Below, one piece after another: positions 1-7,205 of a stretch of DNA of 50,906 bases. The notes beneath the pieces were generated by a model, which was not told the DNA's origin, did no database searches, and saw nothing but the letters and a program-made list of their open reading frames with translations. The position numbers and the translations under genes are program-made. Positions within the stretch are counted from its first letter, which is position 1; each line of letters starts with the position of its first letter. The stretch comes from Thermoplasmata archaeon. Lineage in GTDB: Archaea > Thermoplasmatota > Thermoplasmata > UBA10834. Where the stretch lies: contig JAEHCN010000002.1 in the NCBI GenBank assembly GCA_020696395.1, forward strand, positions 1 through 50,906, written 5' to 3'.

Positions 1-1
1 G

Positions 2-262
2 AATGATCTCTGGCTTTGGGGAGTGATCGCCATTGGAGTAGGGGTGATATTTGTTGCCATAGCCATAGCCAACAAAGAGCCTGCAGAATTCCGCACGCTG
101 AGAACTCGCATTGAGAGGGATTTCTACAGGAAATGCCCCAGCTGTGGCTCATGGAATACGAAATTCGTGCCGACCTGCTCTACATGTGGTGTGATGCTTC
201 CAACACTTTCCGAGTTCCAGAAGACCGAAGTAGCCCCGAGAGATTTCAAAGAGGGACCGTAA
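2..262 (+). CDS. small membrane-anchored zinc-ribbon protein (5' end may lie outside the window)
   Basis: Frame is open from nt 2, with a GTG at 23. A hydrophobic helix (LWLWGVIAIGVGVIFVAIAIA) is followed by CPSC-x10-CSTC. TAA stop at 260-262. Confidence 0.5.
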   Translation, partial: NDLWLWGVIAIGVGVIFVAIAIANKEPAEFRTLRTRIERDFYRKCPSCGSWNTKFVPTCSTCGVMLPTLSEFQKTEVAPRDFKEGP

Positions 263-283
263 GACCGACACTCTGAGGCGAGT

Positions 284-346
284 GAAAAGGCCATAGGGAA
301 AAATGAAAGGGGTTTGCCGAGCCCCCTGATTGACCCCGTCTTTTCG
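284..346 (+). repeat. intergenic repeat element, copy A (15-nt core GAAAAGGCCATAGGG plus ~45 nt homologous to copy B)
   Basis: The core matches the copies at 2146-2165, 2952-2971 and 50297-50316. Downstream, GGTTTGCCGAG...CCCC..CTTTTCG aligns with the reverse complement of 2096-2131. Confidence 0.7.
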
Positions 347-636
347 GGTGACTGGCCTACCGTGACGGACTATCAACGCTGATAATACGTCAAGCATAGC
401 CAGCTAGTTCATTTCGTGGAGGCAATTTCGGGGAATTAGTGCTCGGGGACTGACGAAACGCCTCCAATACCTCAGTTCCAGCATTGTCCTCGCTCTTTCT
501 GATTCTGTCGCCGCTCGGAAGGGCCGCCAATACGGCAAGGATTGAGTAGGATTCTAATAGCACGAATGTAATGACGATTTCGCTGAGGGTCAGGCAGGCA
601 TTTGTTCCTGTCTAGCTCCTCTAGGGGGAAGAAAGG

Positions 637-1803
637 GTGAAAAGGCGTTTCGTCGTTTGCTGCTTCAGTATCATAGCGGCAACTCTTGTGGTTGTGCCCG
701 GAGCGTGTCTCGCGAATCACGCGGGAGGGAAGTGGGCCGTAACAGAATCGTGGACCGTCGCGCTGTACATAAGCGGAGACAACAGCCTCGAACGGTTCTG
801 GGATGACAGCAGCCTCCCCGGATTGTTGAAGTTGCCGGCGAATGACAGGCTCAAGATTGTGGCCTATGTCGATCGGCTGAGCACGGAGGGAACCGAAGTC
901 GTCGAGGTGTCCGGTGACACGTGTGAACTGATCGCAACCCTTCCGGAGATGGACTTCGGAGATGGGAACACGTTCCAGTGGTTCCTGACCGAGATTGCAG
1001 AAGAATATCCATCGGACAAGCTCGCAGTGGTTGCATGGGACCATGGCTACGCATGGAGGTACATCAGTGACGACGTCACCTCTGGGAGCAGGATCACAAT
1101 GCCCGCGCTTGAGGCAGCAATAGTGGATTCAGGAGTCTACATCGACGTGCTAGCTTTCGATGCCTGCAACATGGCCTCGGTGGAGGTGGTCTACCAGATC
1201 TCTCTGACCGAATCTGTGGGAATAGTCGTCGGATCTGAGGAGTCGGTCCCGACAACCGGTTTTCCATATGATTTGATGCTGATGCCCACAGCTATCGACC
1301 CTTCGAGGTCACCTGTCCAGCTCGCGAGCGATATGGTTGCTGGATTCGAGGCGTTTTATGCGCCTCAGACTTGGGCCTCCACGGTGGCGTTGTCTGCGGT
1401 GAGCGTCCCATCGGTGGCAGCCCATGCCAAGACTATCTCTACTTGGTCAAGCTCGATGGTTTCGTGCCTGTCCATGTACGCGAGCAACTACAAGCAGGCT
1501 GTGAGTGAGACCTACTATGCCTGGGCCACGCACTATCATGTGGACATAGCGGACTTCGGGGACACGCTTCTAGCTGACGCCTCCATCACGGACGAGGAAC
1601 TCAGGGCCTCGACGGCGGCGATGGTGGACGCGATGGACGAATCTGTGATTGCCTCCTGGGGAGGACGGGCCGCGGAGGACAGCAGAGGGATGACTCTCTG
1701 GTGGGCCAACGGCGGCGACTGGAAGTCCTATTCGGATGCATATGCGGATGTCGCGTTCGCTACCGATATGGGATGGTGGACGCTGCTTGATGGATACAAC
1801 TAG
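637..1803 (+). CDS. clostripain-like cysteine peptidase (peptidase C11 family), secreted or membrane-anchored
   Basis: 388-aa ORF with GTG start and an N-terminal hydrophobic segment (FVVCCFSIIAATLVVVPGA). His/Cys dyad contexts are typical of C11 (VVAWDHGYAW and VLAFDACNMA). TAG stop. Confidence 0.75.
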   Translation: MKRRFVVCCFSIIAATLVVVPGACLANHAGGKWAVTESWTVALYISGDNSLERFWDDSSLPGLLKLPANDRLKIVAYVDRLSTEGTEVVEVSGDTCELIATLPEMDFGDGNTFQWFLTEIAEEYPSDKLAVVAWDHGYAWRYISDDVTSGSRITMPALEAAIVDSGVYIDVLAFDACNMASVEVVYQISLTESVGIVVGSEESVPTTGFPYDLMLMPTAIDPSRSPVQLASDMVAGFEAFYAPQTWASTVALSAVSVPSVAAHAKTISTWSSSMVSCLSMYASNYKQAVSETYYAWATHYHVDIADFGDTLLADASITDEELRASTAAMVDAMDESVIASWGGRAAEDSRGMTLWWANGGDWKSYSDAYADVAFATDMGWWTLLDGYN

Positions 1804-1992
1804 GAGATCAGCGCGGCGAATTTCTCTGAAGCAGTCCGAGACATAGGTACCACAGCCGGGCTTGTGACCGACAAGCTCAGCCAGTCACTGCATGTTCGGA
1901 TGGCCTTGTCCGTCGAGAGCGCGTCCGTCATGCTCGGACACTCAAACGCCATGGCCACCGAGAGATACTATCCGAGAAGACGACATTCCTAG
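1804..1992 (+). pseudogene. tyrosine recombinase (integrase) C-terminal remnant, no start codon
   Basis: 62-codon open frame beginning directly after the C11 stop, in the same frame: ...AGLVTDKLSQSLHVRMALSVESASVMLGHSNAMATERYY.... The LGHS..(M)T.RY catalytic-Tyr box is typical of phage-type integrases. The H-to-LGH spacing is about 10 residues shorter than in XerA-type enzymes, consistent with decay. Confidence 0.6.
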
Positions 1993-2002
1993 CTACGCTT
2001 AG

Positions 2003-2047
2003 TGGTGGACCGAAGGGGATTTGAACCCCTGACCTCGACTGGCTCGG
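2003..2047 (-). other. tRNA 3'-half fragment (variable loop, T-arm, acceptor 3' strand, encoded CCA); att-like remnant
   Basis: Minus strand reads ...AGTCG AGGTC AGGGG TTCAAAT CCCCT TCGGTCC A CCA. No complementary 5' acceptor strand (GGACCGA or GU variants), D-arm or anticodon arm lies within 160 nt upstream. Confidence 0.65.
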
Positions 2048-2095
2048 CTGAAAAAGGTACATGAACCTTCCAGAAAGGCATCTCGGGAAGGGTAA

Positions 2096-2165
2096 CGAAA
2101 AGGAGGGGTTAATATAGCCCCTCGCCAAACCTCTTCTTTCTTCTCTCCGCCCCTATGGCCTTTTC
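2096..2165 (-). repeat. intergenic repeat element, copy B (20-nt core plus ~50-nt extension homologous to copy A)
   Basis: Plus strand 2146-2165 is TCCGCCCCTATGGCCTTTTC. The minus strand continues with a purine-rich spacer, GGTTTGGCGAG, a GAGGGG/CCCCTC hairpin and CTTTTCG. Confidence 0.7.
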
Positions 2166-2257
2166 GTGCGCTGAATGTGGTACGCAAGTTCTTAGTACGA
2201 ATTCACCCATCCAAACAGGGTGAGTTCGGAACCCTGAGAGGGGAGGTATGGTTGCAG

Positions 2258-2914
2258 ATGACCGGTATGGCGAAGACTCCGGAACTGCGGTCTCGAATTG
2301 GCGCATACAAGGTCGCAATCGTTCTGCTAGTGGCGACCATCATCGTACTGTCAGTTGCTCTCTACTCTGGCTGGTACGAGTCAGACCATGGTGACGGTAC
2401 GACCGATGGAGAGTCTCCTGCTAGACCTTCTCCGGACTCGTTCATCCTGAACGGAACCTCGCTGACGATTACCCCAAACAGTATCATGTGGATTAACACG
2501 AATGAGTCAGATCGAGAAGGCCTTGTCGGATGGGATTGGCATACGCTCCAAGTAGCGGTGGCCACTAATGATAGCTGGGTTGGATGGGCGCTCTATCATG
2601 CAGAGGAGACGCTGTCTCTGGGAACTCCTTCAGTGGCGGATCTTGGAGAAGGCGGGGTCATGGAGGGAAGTGTCCTGAACCTGTCGTTCTCGTTGGTCGT
2701 AGCTGACATCACCGGGAATGGATACTTCGATTTTGGGGACTACTTCATTGCATACACCGAGAACGATTCGCTGCTCGTCCCTGGAACTGAGTGGTTCATC
2801 CACCTCGCCAGTAATCTCGGTTCCGTCTATATGTCCTGGACTTTCAGCATATCCATATCTGAAGATGGGTATGAGGTGCTGGATATTACCCGATACGACT
2901 TTGCACCGTTTTGA
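2258..2914 (+). CDS. hypothetical membrane-anchored extracytoplasmic protein
   Basis: ORF is open from 2177. ATG at 2258 is preceded by GGAGG at 2242-2246. One N-terminal TM helix (VAIVLLVATIIVLSVALYSGW) and no recognisable domain. Flanked by direct copies B and C of the 20-nt motif. Confidence 0.55.
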   Translation: MTGMAKTPELRSRIGAYKVAIVLLVATIIVLSVALYSGWYESDHGDGTTDGESPARPSPDSFILNGTSLTITPNSIMWINTNESDREGLVGWDWHTLQVAVATNDSWVGWALYHAEETLSLGTPSVADLGEGGVMEGSVLNLSFSLVVADITGNGYFDFGDYFIAYTENDSLLVPGTEWFIHLASNLGSVYMSWTFSISISEDGYEVLDITRYDFAPF

Positions 2915-2951
2915 GCAATGGGAGAGCATGAGAATAGGGATGATTCGTCGT

Positions 2952-2971
2952 TCCGCCCCTATGGCCTTTTC
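2952..2971 (-). repeat. intergenic repeat motif, copy C (20-nt core only)
   Basis: Plus strand TCCGCCCCTATGGCCTTTTC is identical to 2146-2165 and lies 38 nt downstream of the 2914 stop. Confidence 0.7.
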
Positions 2972-3060
2972 CACGCTTGACAAACGCTGGTAACACCCCA
3001 GACGGAATGCTGGCACGGCCATAAACCTTTATCAGATGATTCTGGGATACCGAAGACGGC

Positions 3061-3789
3061 ATGCCGCTCTCCGCACAAGACGAACTCCTCAGAGGCATCG
3101 ACCTCAGAGGAATCGTGTTCGACCTGGACGACACGTTGGTCCAGTCTACCGTCGACTATGAGCGCTTCAAGATGCTCATAATCAGGAGAATCGCCTCCAA
3201 GGGCGATGACCCCAGCCAGTACAGCCCGGACGAGGGGATCGTCGGTCTCGTCGACAAATTCGCGGAGCGGATGCGGTCCTGTGGGTGGTCCGAAGCGCAG
3301 GTCACGGCATCCCTGGAGGAGTTCGAGGAGATAATGGACGGCGTGGAGCTTGAGCGGGTTCACGACACAGGCGAGCTCAAGGGGGCCCGAGAGGTGCTCG
3401 AGTATCTGCGGTCGCGTGACATCAGAGTCGGGATCCTCACGAGAGGATGCCAGAAGTACGCAGAGGAGGCCCTCCGCCTCACAGGACTGAGGGAGTTCGT
3501 GCAGGTCATCGAATGCAGGAACACCGGGATGCCCGCGAAACCCAACCCCAGGCCGTACTGGCACCTGGTCGAGCAGCTGGGGCTGAGGCCGGAGCAGACA
3601 ATCTTCGTGGGAGACCACTTCATCGATGCGACATGCGCGGCAAGGGCAGGTGTGCCCTTCGTCGGCGTCCTCACGGGAAGCTTGGACGAACAGACTCTCA
3701 GGGAAGCGGGGAGCGTAGAGGTGTTCGGGAGCGTGTCTGCCATGCTCCCGTGGCTGAAGGGACTGCTCGAAGAGCACGTGCGAGCATAA
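3061..3789 (+). CDS. HAD-superfamily hydrolase (phosphoglycolate phosphatase-like)
   Basis: Motif I is IVFDLDDTLV, motif II GILTRG and motif III/IV K...VGDHFIDATCAARAG. 242 aa. Confidence 0.8.
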   Translation: MPLSAQDELLRGIDLRGIVFDLDDTLVQSTVDYERFKMLIIRRIASKGDDPSQYSPDEGIVGLVDKFAERMRSCGWSEAQVTASLEEFEEIMDGVELERVHDTGELKGAREVLEYLRSRDIRVGILTRGCQKYAEEALRLTGLREFVQVIECRNTGMPAKPNPRPYWHLVEQLGLRPEQTIFVGDHFIDATCAARAGVPFVGVLTGSLDEQTLREAGSVEVFGSVSAMLPWLKGLLEEHVRA

Positions 3790-3834
3790 AAGGGCAATTA
3801 TGAACCGAGAATAGAGAATTATGGACCGAAAAAA

Positions 3835-4413
3835 TCATCGATGTCCAGCGTTCATCAGCCGTATCTCGGCGTCTTGCGAGTCGAGCATCGTCTCCTCCTG
3901 CAGTTCCATCTCCGCGGACTGCGGGACGACGACATCGAGGCTGCGCTCAAGCAGCGCCATCTCCCTCTCGGACAGCGTGCGCGGGTCGATAGGGATGACA
4001 AGGGAGGCGTCGTTTGTCATGACAACGTCTCTAAGCTGATGCATGAACTGAAGCATACGGTCGTACGTGTTCAGGGATACGAGGTATTCCAGGCCATCGA
4101 TGAGCACGACCGCTCTCGGATTGTTCTCAATGAACGACCTCACCTGGCTCATCAATATGCCAATGGCGGTCGGGTTGATCCTGCCGTCCCCGACAAGGTT
4201 CGTGAGCCAGATCACTCTGCTGCTCCCGAGGTTGCGCTCACTCTGCAGCCTCTTCGGCAGCTCACGTGAGACCACCATACCGTGATAGCCCGCCGACAGG
4301 CCCTGTTCGAACATGTCGAAGCTCACTTTGGGACGCCGCTCCTCCACGAGGTAGACGTTACCTGGCTTCAACTCAGGGTTAACGGCGACTGCTGGAGCAT
4401 ACGAGTTGCCCAA
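3835..4413 (-). CDS. stand-alone DUF835 domain protein
   Basis: 192 aa. Pattern GNVYLVEE...GYHGMVVSRELP...VIWLTN...INP...VVLIDGLEYLV..N.YD..L.F...L.D...LSEREMALLER matches the DUF835 family as I remember it and is paralogous to the C-terminus of 33792-35147. Confidence 0.7.
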   Translation of the reverse strand: MGNSYAPAVAVNPELKPGNVYLVEERRPKVSFDMFEQGLSAGYHGMVVSRELPKRLQSERNLGSSRVIWLTNLVGDGRINPTAIGILMSQVRSFIENNPRAVVLIDGLEYLVSLNTYDRMLQFMHQLRDVVMTNDASLVIPIDPRTLSEREMALLERSLDVVVPQSAEMELQEETMLDSQDAEIRLMNAGHR

Positions 4414-4450
4414 CTAAGCATCCCATCCTTGCAGATCTATATGTGCCAAG

Positions 4451-4462
4451 ATTTATATAATA
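4451..4462 (-). promoter_or_regulatory. candidate TATA box for the DUF835 gene
   Basis: ATTTATATAATA in an otherwise GC-rich context, 38-49 nt upstream of the start codon at 4413. Confidence 0.4.
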
Positions 4463-4518
4463 CTGTTGACACGGGCCGCGTCCAGTGCAACCAAAGGGGT
4501 GCCGAGCGATCCTCGGCA

Positions 4519-4782
4519 TCAGAGCCTATCGCAGAATACCCTCAGTCCATCATCGCCGACGGCCCCGAACCTGCACTTCGAGCAGTCATGAACGGTGGCG
4601 GAGGCCCTCATGTCAAAGTAACATGGCGTGGTGAAGAACTTGGTCTCCCCTGCACAGATCACCCTGGACCTGCCATCGATGACGCTGCCTCTGGGACAGC
4701 GCTGACAGTCGGCGGCAGACACCATGCGCGCCTCATACAGGTCGCACCGAATCTGGAACAGCTTGTGGAATTTCGTACTCAT
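4519..4782 (-). CDS. small Cys-rich protein with an internally duplicated C-x12-CxxC-x13-C module
   Basis: 87-aa ORF (ATG to TGA) with eight Cys in two identical spacing patterns. The competing + strand ORF 4282-4818 runs through the A/T-rich promoter and overlaps the DUF835 gene. Confidence 0.5.
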   Translation of the reverse strand: MSTKFHKLFQIRCDLYEARMVSAADCQRCPRGSVIDGRSRVICAGETKFFTTPCYFDMRASATVHDCSKCRFGAVGDDGLRVFCDRL

Positions 4783-5048
4783 GCTCCGACCGAGATGACG
4801 AATCGAGTCCTTCGTTGATATCGGTTTCGTGTCCGCACCGATGGTCAGAAACCGTCGACCCTCGGGCGATTGAGCGATTTGCCGTGACCTGTCAGGTCTC
4901 CCGGCGCCTCTTGGCAGATCGCATCGCTGGAGCCAATGTCACCAACGAGAATCGCTCCGAAAGGTTTTATGAGCAGTAAATCGTTGCGTGGGCGTCGTCG
5001 GGTGCACTCGTTCCCTGCACCAAGCCAGCAGAATGTCGGAGACAGTAG

Positions 5049-7166
5049 ATGCAGGAAATCCCCCATATCGGTACGGACTTGATATTCAAGGAGTTGCTTG
5101 ACGGAGTCTTCATCTGCAAGAAGTCTGGCGAGTTGCTCTATGCCAATCCCGCTTTCAGCAGAAACCTGGGCTATTCTGAGGAGGACATGGCCTCTAAGGA
5201 CATCTGCAAGGACATAGTGGACCGCGAACTCGAGTGGCAGGCGTTGATCTCTCTGATGGAGCAGGGAAGTCCGATAATGGACTACGAGATCAAGGTGAGA
5301 AAGGCCGATAAGACGAGGGCCGTCGCGGCGATATCAGCCACGACCCACAGGGACTCGAAGGGAATGCCCGTCGGCATTGCAGGCGTGATGCGGGACATCT
5401 CGACCAGGAAGGGCGTCGAGAACGACCTACGCGAGAGGGCGTTCAAAACGGACATCGTCAACCGGATCGCGAGGAGCGCCGGGAGGAGCAAGGATATCCC
5501 GGACGTTATTCGCCACCTCGAGGAGGACCTCCGCAAGCTGGTACCGTTCGAGCAGCTGAGCCTCGGGATGACGGAGGAAAAAGGACGGCACGTCGAGGTT
5601 GTCGCCTCTGACCCGGGGAACCCCTCGAGACCTCGGCCCGTGGGGAATGTACCATTCGAAGGAAGCCTAGTGGAGAAGCTCAAATACGGCAAGAGCGCCG
5701 TGGTCGTTGACAAGGATGCGGCCCGCAGACTATTCTCGGAGTTCACCGTGGTGGACAACTCGAAGATGAGCTCGGTCCTGGCCGTCCCGCTCAAGAGCCG
5801 GGGAAGGATGATCGGCTCCCTCAACGTGGCCCACTCGAAGCAGGGAGAGTACAGCTGGGAGAGGGCGGAGGCGCTTCAGGCCGTGGCTGACCACCTCGGA
5901 GGCATGATTGACAACATGGTCCTACTCAGGTCGTTCGAGACGAAGGCGAAGCTGCACGAGATACTTATGGCATCAGGCATCGAGCTTCAGAAGGCGATTA
6001 CGACGGAGCAGATCTACGCTGCGATCGCGTCAGCCATCAAGCAGGTCGTCCCTTACAAGGACCTCTCCTTCTACCTCGTGAACTGGCCTAGCAGACAGAT
6101 ATACGCGGTCTATGCCGTCGGCAGCTACACGGAGGAGACCTTGGCCGCCCCCGCAGGATGGCTCGACGACGGAATCGTCGGCCACGTCGTGAGGACCGGG
6201 AGGGCAGAGTTCGTCGATGACGTGGACATGGACCCCAGGGGAGTAGACATACCCAACATACCCCGATCGCCATCGGATCACAGCTCCATGCTGGCCATCC
6301 CCCTCACCGGAAGCGATGGAGTGCTGGGAGTCCTCGAGCTGTACAGAGAACCAGGAAAGGTATTCTCGATGAGTGATCTGGAGGCGGGCCTGCTTTTCGC
6401 ACAGCAGGCATCCGTTGCACTCGCAAACGCCCAGCTCGTCTCGAGGCTTCATGAGGCCAAGGAGGAGATCGAGATGCTGAACGACCTCATGTTCCATGAC
6501 ATCAACAACTACAATTTCGCGACGCAGAACTACGTCGAGAGCGTCGTGACGGCGAAGAGCGTTCCAAAGGAGAGCGAGGTGCAGCTGAAGAAGGCGCTGA
6601 ACCTGATCAAGCAGAACTCCCAGCTGATCGACAACGTCAAGAAGCTGACCAGGATAGGCATCATGACTCAGGAGGATTTCGAGCCTGTCAACCTCAAGGA
6701 TGTGCTCGTCAAGGTCACATCTGGCATGGCCCATGCATCACCGAGCAAGACGGTCAGCTTCGACCTCAAGCTGCCCGAGAACGATGCGTTCGTGATGGCC
6801 AACGTCCTTATAGAGGAGCTATTCGTGAACATCGTCTCGAACGCGGTCAAGTACGACCCACACAACGACGTCGAGGTGGACGTCGGCTGCACACGGACCC
6901 TTGAAGACGGGGAGACTTGGTGGAGAGTCATGATCGCTGACCGAGGCCAGGGCATACCCGACGACAAGAAGGAACTGCTATTCCAGAAGTATGTCAGACT
7001 GAAGTCTGAGTCCGTAGTCTCCGGGACAGGACTCGGCCTCTCGATAGTCAGGGCTTTGGCGGACAAGTTCAACGGCCGCGTGTGGGTAGAGGACAGGGTG
7101 CCTGGCAAGAGCGAATTGGGCGCCTCATTCTTTGTGGAGATACCGGCGATGAAGCAGCCGAAGTGA
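5049..7166 (+). CDS. sensor histidine kinase (PAS - GAF - GAF - HisKA-like - HATPase_c), cytoplasmic
   Basis: 705 aa. PAS-like N-terminus (GELLYANPAFSRNLGYSEEDM), two GAF-like regions, an H-box (MFHDINNYNF) and ATPase motifs (NAVKYDP, DRGQGIP, GTGLGLSIV). No TM helix. Confidence 0.85.
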   Translation: MQEIPHIGTDLIFKELLDGVFICKKSGELLYANPAFSRNLGYSEEDMASKDICKDIVDRELEWQALISLMEQGSPIMDYEIKVRKADKTRAVAAISATTHRDSKGMPVGIAGVMRDISTRKGVENDLRERAFKTDIVNRIARSAGRSKDIPDVIRHLEEDLRKLVPFEQLSLGMTEEKGRHVEVVASDPGNPSRPRPVGNVPFEGSLVEKLKYGKSAVVVDKDAARRLFSEFTVVDNSKMSSVLAVPLKSRGRMIGSLNVAHSKQGEYSWERAEALQAVADHLGGMIDNMVLLRSFETKAKLHEILMASGIELQKAITTEQIYAAIASAIKQVVPYKDLSFYLVNWPSRQIYAVYAVGSYTEETLAAPAGWLDDGIVGHVVRTGRAEFVDDVDMDPRGVDIPNIPRSPSDHSSMLAIPLTGSDGVLGVLELYREPGKVFSMSDLEAGLLFAQQASVALANAQLVSRLHEAKEEIEMLNDLMFHDINNYNFATQNYVESVVTAKSVPKESEVQLKKALNLIKQNSQLIDNVKKLTRIGIMTQEDFEPVNLKDVLVKVTSGMAHASPSKTVSFDLKLPENDAFVMANVLIEELFVNIVSNAVKYDPHNDVEVDVGCTRTLEDGETWWRVMIADRGQGIPDDKKELLFQKYVRLKSESVVSGTGLGLSIVRALADKFNGRVWVEDRVPGKSELGASFFVEIPAMKQPK

Positions 7167-7205
7167 GGCGAAAGCCTCTTCCGCTCGTATCCCGTTGATT
7201 CATCG

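Noticed and set aside
1801-1803. The TAG of the intact C11 peptidase is in frame with the downstream integrase-like 62 codons. This could be a read-through fusion protein.
   Set aside because: The peptidase ends where its paralogue's homology ends (…GWWTLLDGY). An integrase C-terminal box alone has no plausible function when fused to a secreted peptidase. TAG is a normal stop here, and the juxtaposition is better explained by deletion of the integrase 5' part.
2003-2165. A complete tRNA gene, possibly intron-containing or otherwise atypical, on the minus strand.
   Set aside because: Only the variable loop, T-arm, acceptor 3' strand and CCA are present. No GGACCGA-type 5' acceptor strand (even allowing GU pairs), D-arm or 7-nt anticodon loop could be built from the 160 nt upstream. 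A split-tRNA 3' half cannot be excluded, but nothing in the window supports it.
2146-2165. The repeat motif GGCCATAGGGGCGGAG resembles the 5' end of archaeal 5S rRNA (GGCCAUAGCGG.GGGG).
   Set aside because: None of the four copies continues with the conserved 5S core (CCCAU.CCGAAC...). The similarity is limited to about 16 nt, so these are not 5S genes or recognisable 5S pseudogenes.
4282-4818. 178-aa plus-strand ORF spanning the DUF835 / Cys-rich gene interval.
   Set aside because: It overlaps the 5' end of the DUF835 gene and reads through the A/T-rich TATA region. It is antisense to the internally duplicated Cys-rich ORF, whose repeat structure argues that the minus frame is the real one.
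4845-5066. 73-aa minus-strand ORF upstream of, and overlapping, the histidine kinase start.
   Set aside because: It has no motif, overlaps the kinase start codon, and its composition is not distinguishable from non-coding sequence. It is left unannotated.
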